This document shows positions 9,938 to 19,402 of a DNA stretch of 19,402 bases, in pieces. Source of the DNA: Azolla caroliniana (Eukaryota; Plantae; Polypodiophyta). The position numbers and the translations under genes were made by a program. The notes beneath the pieces are model-generated. The model was not told the origin of the DNA. It made no database searches and saw only the letters and a program-made list of their open reading frames with translations. Where the stretch lies: assembly GCA_043228905.1 (NCBI GenBank), contig JBHGNT010000608.1, forward strand, positions 1-19,402, in the 5' to 3' direction. Every line of letters begins with the position of its first letter. Within the stretch, counting starts at the first letter, position 1.

Positions 9938-10403
9938 TCATGTCAAAGGAGGGTTTGCGTGGGTGGTATGTAGATCATATACAGCAATATATGGAAGAAG
10001 AACGGACCCAATCCAAAGCTGGCCATCTCGTTCTTCAACTTCGCTAGCATACTTTACAACACTACCATGGGTATCCTCCAGTAATAGTGTCATATGGGCA
10101 CCCCCATGCGAATCAACATTGGTAGTAGTAGAGACATGATTGAAGGTGTATTTTGCGAGGATACCATGTGGTTTGCCATTGAAAATTCGATAGAGGTATT
10201 TAAAGGGAATTGGCAATTGTAGAAAAGCACGCCGCAATGTTGGAAATGCAGCCGACAACATATTAATGACATTTCGACGACAATGCATGGCTACCCACAC
10301 ATCACCCGCCATGTTCACACGCACATTGTCTGGGTAACCAGGTAACATCGCGAGCAACTCTTTGTCCCCTACCTTGTCCCCAGATATCCAATATCGCAAC
10401 AAC
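9938..10403 (-). CDS. SSL gene exon 4 (last)
   Basis: Acceptor CTTGTAG|G; LLRYWISGDK...PGYPDNVR...WIGSVLLPYIAVYDL; TGA at 9938-9940. Confidence 0.93.
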
Positions 10404-13016
10404 CTACAAGAAGGTGCAAGAAGGAAAATTAAATTAGTAGAATCCAGTAACACGAAACTTATGATACAGAGAAAGTAACATGAAATTAACGACTGAAACT
10501 TCAATTGCTTGATAGAGACGATAAATAAGATTTGAACATGTATTGTTTGGTAAAAGAAGATAGATTTCTTGTGTTTATTGAATGCAACAATAGGTTTCTT
10601 GTATTTATTGAATACAATAAGTGTTGGTATGTTAAAGACATAAATTTCTTGGCTGGAGTTCAAGATTATAAAAAATGGAATCAAAAGACAATTATCTAGT
10701 AGCTAGCTAGCTAAAAACAACTTCTATGTATTTGTTGCTCTATATATCTAGAACGTTGACAATGGTAGCCCTGCCATGTACTGCGTTGTTGAAAGATAAT
10801 ATATATAGCTTGACAAAACAAGAGTGGCCTCCTATTTCTTTGTCCATATCCACAAGGTTTGACAATATGTGTGTGGGCCTCCTTGTGGGGGATGAATATG
10901 GTAGCCGAAAAAGAAAAAAGAAAAAGAAAAAAGGGCTATGCACTCATTTCAATAATGCCTTTTTGTGTCCATTCTTTATTTGTCATGTTCTTTCTTTCTC
11001 ATAAGTATAAGTATGCAAAACAAATGACAAATGGTGCACATCTTAAGGCCACTTTCAAAGATCAAGTTAGGAAATTGCATCACTTTCTTCCAAAGGCAGC
11101 CCAGCCCTTCTTCATTGGACAAAAGCCTTAACGGGTGTTCAACATTTCACATGCCCACCACGCACACACCACCGTGGCGAAAAGCATTCTCTCGCATACC
11201 TCTCTTTAACTTTGTAAGATTTCTCTCTCCTCTCTCGACACGAATAATTGATCAAAACAAAGTATTGGTTGTGGCCTCTCCCCCTCGAAAAGACTACTCT
11301 ACTCAGGGTATGCATACACAAACTAGTAGGGCGTCGGGGGACTTTTACTTCAGTAGAAATGTCCAAACAACATCATAAGCTTCGGTTTTTATGGAAGCTT
11401 TGAATTACATCAGCTTCTGCAAGATATGTACACCGAATGAACCTTGAGAACCGTTTATAACACTTGCTTGACAAAAACACAAACACGTGGGGACCAAAGC
11501 CAAACCAATGTGTTTGGTATGCAAGCCATATTCCGAATGTGGTGATCGCCCCTCCCATGAAGGAAGGATCATGGAGGCACAAGTGTCAAACATCCATCCT
11601 TGTACGAATGTAGGTAGACCAATATTGGTATTGGCCAGTTTACAATGGATGGGCATGGCCACGGAGTTTTTAAAAACGTCGATGAAGATCGATCAGCCAT
11701 ATAACCCTAAACAGAGTAAAACCGAGGCACTATTGCCAAGGGCTGGGGTGTCCCTTCTGTGTGTCTTGTGAAGACATGTCCCTCCCAAAAACTCAACAAC
11801 TCTTCTCTGTACATGAACTCAGTCTTGGAGAAGAGAGGAAGGAAGGCATTTTCTCAACAAAATCATCTTGGATGCACAAGAACAAGAACAAGAACAAGAA
11901 CAAGAACAGGCAGACCAAGAAGAGAGGAGCCGCAAGGATTACCTGCCGGGAACCGATTCCGCAATAATGAGGAAGGACTGATCTTTGCTAAGCGAGATGC
12001 CATTGGGGAACTGCAACCCCGACAGGATGACACTGCTCTTCCCTGTTGCAGGATCATATCTTATAACTCTCCCTGAGTCGTCCCCAGACAGTACCAGCAG
12101 GAAGAAGTTCCTGCACCACCGAACTGCAACGTATTATTTTGATTGCATAATAATCCCAGCCCAAAAGAAGCAAAGCTAATTGATGTAGTAAGTAGATAAG
12201 ATATCTGAGAGCTGCCCTAAACCTTCTCTGATACTTGGAGCTGCTGTCCGTGAAGTAGACGGAGCCGTCCGATGCAACATCGAGGTCGTTGGTAAAGCGC
12301 AATGGCACTCCCTCCACTTCATTCACGAGCATTGTGGCCTGGCCTCCCTCTGGGCCTACGCGCATCAGCCCTAGATATGCATCAGCTATGTAGAGATCCC
12401 CTGTTCTCCTATCGAATCTCAGCCCCAATGGCCTCCCACAAATATGCTCGTTCTTTGGGTTTCCACCCTCACACACACCCACGGATCTACTTTGCAACAC
12501 ATTGTTCAGAAACGTTTTGCAGGTAAGCAAACAAATGAGATTTAGGTCCGCGGTTTGAATGATGATTGAATTTCGACAAAAAAAAAAAAAGTACCTGTTT
12601 GGAGATGTGTGTGCGAATTCTTGCCATTTCTTGTGTTGTGCATTCCATCTCATGATGCGGCCGTCTGCGACACCTACGTAAGGTCCATTCCCATTAGGAT
12701 CCATAGCTAAGCTTTCAGGGCCCATTAGGCCGGGATCGAGGTACCATTTCCGGGCTTGGCGAAGTTTATCGTCGGAATCTCGTGGATGGCCGAGGCTGAG
12801 CAAGGAGGAGAGGGTGTAATGGGGTTGTAGTTTCACGAGTGTGGTCTTGAATGTGGGGTCATTTCCGATGATGCTGAGGCGGAAGGGGTCAAGTGCTAAC
12901 AGCAATGAGGCCACCGCCACCGCCACCACCGCTACCATGAAGCTGCCACCAAAAACTGTAGTCATCGATGTAGAAGAGGAAGAGGATTGAGCTCCTCCTC
13001 TTCTTTTGTTCCTCAT
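9938..13016 (-). CDS. Strictosidine synthase-like protein (SSL3-like, APMAP/arylesterase-type six-bladed beta-propeller), 4 exons, ~439 aa
   Basis: Exons 13016-12595, 12486-12223, 12110-11943 and 10403-9938 with three GT-AG phase-2 introns give an open 1320-nt CDS. Motifs GPESLA, CGRPLGLRFD, ADAYLGL, FTNDLD, YFTDSS, FPNG, PDN and EVEERDGQLWIGSV; N-terminal hydrophobic anchor. Start is uncertain (in-frame ATGs at 13049, 13016 and 12965). Confidence 0.93.
11943..12110 (-). CDS. SSL gene exon 3 (its frame is not in the ORF track)
   Basis: Acceptor GTGCAG|G, donor AG|GTAATC; translates to NFFLLVLSGDDSGRVIRYDPATGKSSVILSGLQFPNGISLSKDQSFLIIAESVPG. Confidence 0.93.
12223..12486 (-). CDS. SSL gene exon 2
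   Basis: Acceptor AAGTAG|A, donor AG|GTTTAG; SVGVCEGG...CGRPLGLRF...FTDSSSKYQR. Confidence 0.92.
12595..13016 (-). CDS. SSL gene exon 1
   Basis: Signal anchor VAVVAVAVASLLLALDPF, GPESLA, GPYVGVADGRI; donor AG|GTACTT. Confidence 0.85.
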
Positions 13017-14341
13017 CTTCGCGGAGAAGGAGGTTTTGAATGTCTGCATAGAAGAAGAAGAAGAAGAAGAAAGAAGAGTTTTGAGACTAGAGGTATAGAT
13101 AGATGAGAAGAGCAAAGAAGAAGAAAAAGAACAGAAATGAAAAGGGAGGTTTACTACTTTGTCTACCTAATAATAATAATAATAATAGTATAAACAGTAA
13201 AGATCGATGGATGACTGATGAACACTAATCTCGTTTTTCTCCTTGCTCTTTATATCCCTCGGCCGACTGCTGCTGCTGCTGCTGCTGTTGATTTCCTCTT
13301 ATTAGTCCACTTCCACCAAATGATGGAAAGACAACCAAAACCAACGCCTTCCTTAATTTTAAATGCACGCACGCACCACTCCACTACATTTCTCAACACC
13401 TTTTTCTCGTGTTCTTCTTGTCTTAAGTACACATTCATACATATATGCCTGCCAAATCTGCAGTCGGGAGGAGGGGAAGTGAAAAGGAAGCCCTCTTTTG
13501 GGGTGGGGGGTGTCTCTTTCACTTTCTCTCAAGATATAATTTCTTCTTGTTTGGTCTGTCTTCTAGATCATTTTGGTCCTCTCAAAAGACAGTTAATATA
13601 TATATATATTTCATCACAGCAAAAGCAACGCAACCATTACGTATATCATCATCATCATCATCATCATCATCTGTGTGTGTGTGTGTGTTTGTGTACAAAA
13701 AAGAGTAGATTTGCATGGCACCACCTCTAGGCTTTGTATCTACCTCCCGTTACCCCTATACATTTTATTCAAATTATACTGTATACATATGTATGGTATG
13801 GACCATGGTATGTATGTATGTATGTATGTATGTAAATTCCAAACTTCAGTCCGTGGTAGGTACACTTGTTGAGATAGATTGGCGGCAGCCTAGGTTTTGC
13901 TTTCCCTGAGTTGCGGTGGGTTGTTTTGTCTTTTTGAGAGAAAGAAACTCCTCTTTCCAACCAATGCCAAACCTTCGTTTCCTATCATTTTCTTAAGGTT
14001 GGTTGGTCTTGTCTTCTCTTTACCATTCATCTTCTTGCACAATATCCCTCACATGGATTAGTTAAAACCTTCTTCTTTTTTGACTCTCTTGAAAAATTGA
14101 CCAGACATGTATAGAATACTATTAACTTTATAACCCACAATGTTTCACACGCAAATAATTCTAAACCATCAATTTTGTGGATTGATACAACTTTGACTCA
14201 AGTTGGCAACGATGACATATTAATAATATCCACAAGTCTCCAATTATCATACAAATGCACCTCCCTATCTTTGTGTAGGTGGGCCATTCTAAAATATATT
14301 AAAAGAAAAAAGTGAAAAAGGGACACAAATATATATACATA

Positions 14342-14372
14342 TGTGTGTGTGTGTGTGTTGGGGGGGGGGGGT

Positions 14373-14414
<42 letters not shown>
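14342..14414. repeat. Compound microsatellite (TG)n-Gn-(GA)n
   Basis: Seen directly. Confidence 0.95.
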
Positions 14415-14416
<2 letters not shown>

Positions 14417-14424
14417 TGTTATTG

Positions 14425-14551
14425 TTGAGACTCCATAGAGAGGCCAAATTGGACCCATGGGACTTAGAGACCGAATGCCCATGAAATTGAGACTCCATAG
14501 GGAGGCCAAATTTGACCTATGGGACTTGGAGCCGAATGCCCATGAAATTGA
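14425..14551. repeat. ~62-bp tandem duplication
   Basis: TTGAGACTCCATAG.GAGGCCAAATT.GACC.ATGGGACTT...CCGAATGCCCATGAAA starts at 14425 and again at 14487. Confidence 0.9.
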
Positions 14552-15350
14552 ATGAGAGATTGCATCCGAAAATGTTGTGTCTAAGAGAGAGAGAAAGAAA
14601 GAAAGAAAGAAAGAAAGATATATTAACGTCTTCTAAGGCCAAATTTGGCCCATGAGACAATTGGTTTACAACAAAAGAGTATTTATCCAGTTATCATAAC
14701 TAAAATAAAATTAAGTAAAAAATAGAACTTAAACTAAAAGAGTTCTAGTAGTGTACAATATGTAGTATACTCGAAAGTGACTATACACTAAGCCTAATTT
14801 TATTTCCACCCAAGCCTCTCGAAAAGAAGTGGGGGGTTCAAAGGGTCTTGATGTGGGTACTAATTGTTGCTAAGTGAAGTATGTGTGTGAGTTCTGTATA
14901 GAGGTTCTCTAAAGGTAGGGAAGAATCAAGAGAGGAGAGATGGGCTTGAACATGTTGGGAGTAGATGTCAAAGAGCTCATGCGTGAAATGTATTGTGGTG
15001 TGATGGTTTGGTTGACTAGAGTTGGTGGCGTTGGAAGTGTCACATTTTAGCTCAAAGTATAGGAAGTTATGGTCTTCATCAATAGGACATGGGGCCACCC
15101 AGAAGGAGTTAATCATGTGGGTAGCGTCAGGGCGTCCTATTAGGCAATCAACAATGAACCAATGCCTCATTTTCAAATTATTTTTGGGTTCTTGAGGTAT
15201 TGGGGGCTATGGTTCAATTGGAATATGTGGAATGCCTTCATTTTTTATTCACAAGTTAGGGTGAGAAAATATGTTTTAAAATTAAAAGTTCTTTTGTGGC
15301 AATTGACAATGCTAGAGAAGTCATGAAATCTCAACCAAGAAGAGAGAGAA

Positions 15351-15770
15351 TGTTGTCCTAGGAGTATGGACTGGAGGGTTAATATGTACAAGGACGAGTC
15401 GGGGAATAATATTAGCATAATTAAGGAACGGACGGATCCAGAATAGTTGTACCGATCCGGATCCGGACCGACTGATAGCCGATAGCTAGTAAGGCATCGT
15501 TTTGTATTTTCAACCGGGTGCCTATAAAAGGATCCGGGAATTGATGTAATTAACAACGGAAGCAATACAAGTTGAGCGTTCTAATTTAATTCTATTGTGT
15601 CTCTTGTATATTTGTCGTTCTGTGCTTTCATTCGTAATCTTACGTGTGTTTTCATTAATCGGTTGTGTATTAACCATCCGGAGAGTATCCGGAAATACTC
15701 GGATTGGAATCGGATCTGTGTCGCATAACATCATTCCCTTAACCACCCCTTTGGTGAAGTGTCCGGAACG
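15351..15770 (+). mobile_element. Solo-LTR-like repeat, copy A (420 bp)
   Basis: Diverged direct repeat of 16053-16485; starts TGTTG, contains CCTATAAAAG, non-coding. No terminal CA and no TSD found. Confidence 0.55.
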
Positions 15771-15858
15771 TGAGAGAGAGGGGAGGGGGGGGGGAGAGGG
15801 AGGGAGAACTATAGAAACGTGAGAGAGAGAGGGAGGTAGGGAGAGAGAGAGGGAGGGA

Positions 15859-16035
15859 GGTTTCCAAACCAGTTTCCAAGCCGGTTTGGAAACCGGTTTA
15901 TAAGCTGTTTACCAAACCGGTTTAGGGATTGGTTTGGTTCGGGTTTGAGAACCCCTAAACCGGTTTAGGCTTAACCGGTTTGGCTTGGATCGGGCCAAAC
16001 CGGCTAAGCCTAAACCGAACCGTTGCCAATTCCTA
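15859..16035. mobile_element. One end of a hAT-like non-autonomous element
   Basis: Dense AAACCGGTTT/AACCG subterminal-type repeats ending in GTTGCCAATTCCTA (reverse complement TAGGAATTGGCAAC, like TAGG...GGCAA hAT TIRs). Partner end not found. Confidence 0.5.
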
Positions 16036-16052
16036 CCCACGAGCGTGCCATG

Positions 16053-16485
16053 TGTTGGCCTAGGAGTATGGACCGGAGTGTTAATATGTAAAAGGAAAAT
16101 TCGGGGAATAATATTAGCATAATTATTAAAAAATATTATCGGAACAGACGGATCTAGAATAGTTGTACCGATCCAGATTCGGACCGATTGATAGCCGGTA
16201 GCCGGTAAGGCACCGTTTTGTATTTCCAACCGGATGCCTATAAAAGGATTGAGAATCGACGTAATTAATAGCAGATGTAATACAAGTTGAGCGTTCTAAT
16301 TTAATTTTATTGTGTCTCTTGACTATTTTCCATTCTACACTTTTATTCGTAATCTTACGCATGTTTTCATTAATTGGTTGTGTATTAACCATCCGGAGAG
16401 TATTCAGAAATACCTGGACTGGAATCAGATTTGTGTCGGATAACATCATTCCTTTAACCACCCCTTTGGTGAAGTGTCCGAAATG
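16053..16485 (+). mobile_element. Solo-LTR-like repeat, copy B (433 bp)
   Basis: Colinear with copy A; many transitions and a ~14-bp AT-rich indel near 16125-16140. Confidence 0.55.
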
Positions 16486-16949
16486 GACACCCCTGTGTTT
16501 GTGGCTATGCCCAACCCAGAGTAAACAGAGAACTCTACAAGGTCACATATCATCATATTCGACTTTTGAATTGGTGTGTAGGGTGGCATTGAGTTTGGAG
16601 TCGTCGTAGTCTTTAGATCCCTAGATAGACAGAAGGGTTCTATACTTTGTAGTAAGTTAGTCATGGTGGTGTTTTTTCTTTCATAATGAAAGCCATTATT
16701 TATTGAAAGCCATTATTTACGAAAAGAAAAAAGAGAGAGATTTATTGTAATAAGTGCATATTCAGGTTTTCTATTGACTTTACATGATGTCCCTCTAATA
16801 GGTAGGGAGAGGAGACTAAGAAGCTGTTAACAAGCGGATTTTACATACAATCAATATAATTGTATGTTTTTACCGGATAAAAGCAAGAGAGATTTATTGT
16901 CCATAGAGAGGCCGATATTGACCCATGGAACTTAATAGTACACAAGTTT

Positions 16950-17343
16950 GTTTGTTTTTTTAGAATTGCTTCCATTAGTTATAAAATTTTACAGATGAGA
17001 ATGTTATATACAAATCCCTACAGGGACGCGATAGTTCCATTTTATGTGGATGCCCACTGACTCAAGAAAGGAAGAGGACAACCATTGTTGGATGAAGGCT
17101 AATAGTTGTCTTTCAACTCCATCGGATCCGCCCATGAGGCCATCGTATTGGCTCTTTAGAGTGGCTACAACATCACTCCATATCTCTTGCAATAACATTA
17201 CTCGATGCATGGTTTTGTGGGAGAAGACCCGTCTACACTGATGTTTCCATAGAATCCAAAGTGTTATTGGGCTGACCAATTCCAACACAACTTGAGCTTT
17301 GGCATTAATAGGAGTTTAGTGGATATTGTAGATGGTGGACAAA
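16950..17343 (-). mobile_element. 5'-truncated LINE (L1-type) 3' fragment
   Basis: ORF2 C-terminal-type motif ITLWILWKHQCRRVF; A-rich tail on the minus strand (16950-16961); exact 16-bp TSD AATAGTACACAAGTTT at 16934-16949 and 17344-17359. Confidence 0.85.
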
Positions 17344-18045
17344 AATAGTACACAAGTTTTCTTGATGTATCAGTCCAAAGTAAGGATATCCCTAGTTCGA
17401 AGCACAACCTACACTAATGTCATCAATATGTTTTTCTTTTTTTCCAAAAATGTCATCAGTATGTTACTCAAGTTAATGTCATCATAGCATATATTAATCA
17501 CATTATATATTGAGCATGTATAAAACAAGTGATATTCATCCTTAATCAGGCCTCTGTCACATACCTTAAATGCCTTTACATTTGACATATTTTGATGCCA
17601 TAATGCAACTTCAATACCTAGTTTGTGTGATCATGTCTAATTTCATCAATTTAGCATCTTCTCACTTCTTCCTTAGTGATTCCATTAACCTTTCCTCAAT
17701 AACTACATATTGCATAACATCTCTTAAAAGCTCTAAGAGATTCAACACCCATTTTTTGAAACCATTTTATGATGTCAATGAACCAACTAGATGTGAGAAT
17801 TTTTTTTTGTGATTCTTTTGTTGCTGACATTCAACATGCTTGTTAAAGGCCAATGTCTATGACAAACATTATGATTACAAATATGGATCAATTCATGTCA
17901 TCCATACTAAAACAAAAATCAAAACACTAGGTTTCTTGAAGCTCAACGATTATACTCATAATGCATGCAGTGGAATGATTTTTCAAATGGTTTACGAGCA
18001 TGAAGTGGATGGATAGCTAACATGTGTTATTGTAGTCATGACTAA

Positions 18046-18047
<2 letters not shown>

Positions 18048-18131
<84 letters not shown>
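18048..18131. repeat. Compound microsatellite (TG)n(GA)n
   Basis: Seen directly. Confidence 0.95.
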
Positions 18132-18136
<5 letters not shown>

Positions 18137-19402
18137 ATATAACCTATTTTTTTAAGTTATTAGAAGAGGCCAAATATGTGTTTATCTTTGATGATAGTTT
18201 GGTCATCAAGGCTTTCATATTCTATGAATTGTTTCCTTCTCTTTGCTAAAAAATTGTTCCATGTCAAACATCCCCTCTCTTAGACCACATTTGAAGACAG
18301 TCTTCCAACAATAGTTTTCCTTTGACACACTTGGCGCATTCATTTTGGCCTTCAATCTTGCTTTAGTTTCAGTTACTTCACAAAGTTTCCATCAGCATTA
18401 CATAAACATCTACAAGTCAGCAACATGACCCATGGAACAAAGAAGCATCACAAAGAACTCTTGCCAAACTTGTACAGGGGGGATTTTAAAATGCTAAAAC
18501 AAAAGGTTGAAATGAAAAACTACGCTTGTTTTGAATTTCAGTCTTTGGATCTTCCATTAATTTGGCTATGTGATCATGTGGATGAGCAACAAGCATGCAT
18601 AACGTTGTTGGCAATGGCTACATTCTTGTTAGAAGTACTTTAAAAGGTTCTGCAAACTTCCGAATTACTAAAAATCATGCCCAATGTAGTCATATGTGAT
18701 GCATTCCAAAACCTATGCAGAAGACCCTGGAGACATCTAGGACCAATAGTTGATACATCAAATCAAACCAATCACACAAGGAGGTTTCATTATGCACATG
18801 CAAACCCTCAAAACCTAGAAGTCTTAAATATCTTTAACAATAGATGCAATATACCTAATGTTCCTATAATATGCCTCTGCATTCAACTAAGTTATGCTTC
18901 TAAACATCTTCCATTATTGTTCCCTCCAATTTTATTGATCATAGAATGTAGCCTTCAGTGACCAAGGTGCATGGATTCCAAGTGCCCTTTGACTTGCATC
19001 AAGAGTATTATGATAACATTACATCATGATGATTCCATAGAAACTACATTTTTCCATAGAGAGCATATATTATGATGATTATTCCAACATCGTGATGGAT
19101 TTCTGAACTCTCACTACAAGGATTTCCCTTGTTCAAGACTGAGATGCAATGATTCACTTCTTCATCTACAAGACCAATAGGCAATATCATACAAAACTCC
19201 CAACATTTGAAGTTTGAACAAGTCTCAAGGTGATAGATAGCCTTAGGGCCTAAAGAAGCCACAACCAAACACATGTAGCGTTAGTTTGATACTTCCTTTG
19301 TTTTAATATGTTCTAAGGCCATGATAATGTTGCCAAACCTTCCGATCACAGATGGTCATTGTTGAAATATCTTTGAATAAGCAAAGCACCGAAACCTTGC
19401 AT

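Noticed and set aside
10404-11942. ORFs and short repeats in SSL intron 3 (30-bp duplication ~10560-10619, (AACAAG)n ~11877-11907)
   Set aside because: No recognisable protein motifs, TIRs or TSDs; ordinary intronic sequence.
13218-13960. 170-aa ORF with poly-Ala/poly-His and neighbouring ORFs
   Set aside because: Products of (GCT)n, (CAT)n, (TG)n and (TATG)n microsatellites in the SSL upstream region.
18200-19402. Possible decayed TE coding sequence
   Set aside because: Only short ORFs broken by stops, and no motif I can recognise; needs tBLASTx.

Overview
AT-rich, microsatellite-rich land-plant nuclear DNA (fern-like is only an impression). It holds one intact host gene: a 4-exon strictosidine-synthase-like (SSL3/APMAP-type beta-propeller) gene on the minus strand, 9938-13016. 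The rest is largely transposon-derived. (1) A structurally complete, young Ty3/Gypsy LTR retrotransposon at 2317-7719 (minus), with 259-bp LTRs differing at one base, a 4-bp TSD, a tRNA-Ala-type PBS and no chromodomain. Its gag is split by a 559-bp hAT-type MITE with an exact 8-bp TSD, and gag/pol carry several C>T-type lesions. (2) An AT-rich array of tRNA-like heads and 33-bp palindromes at 1-1150. (3) Two solo-LTR-like ~425-bp direct repeats around a hAT-like end at 15351-16485. (4) A 5'-truncated LINE with a 16-bp TSD at 16950-17343. I see no convincing new multi-gene system. The best novelty candidates are the atypical Gypsy lineage and the tRNA-head/palindrome array.
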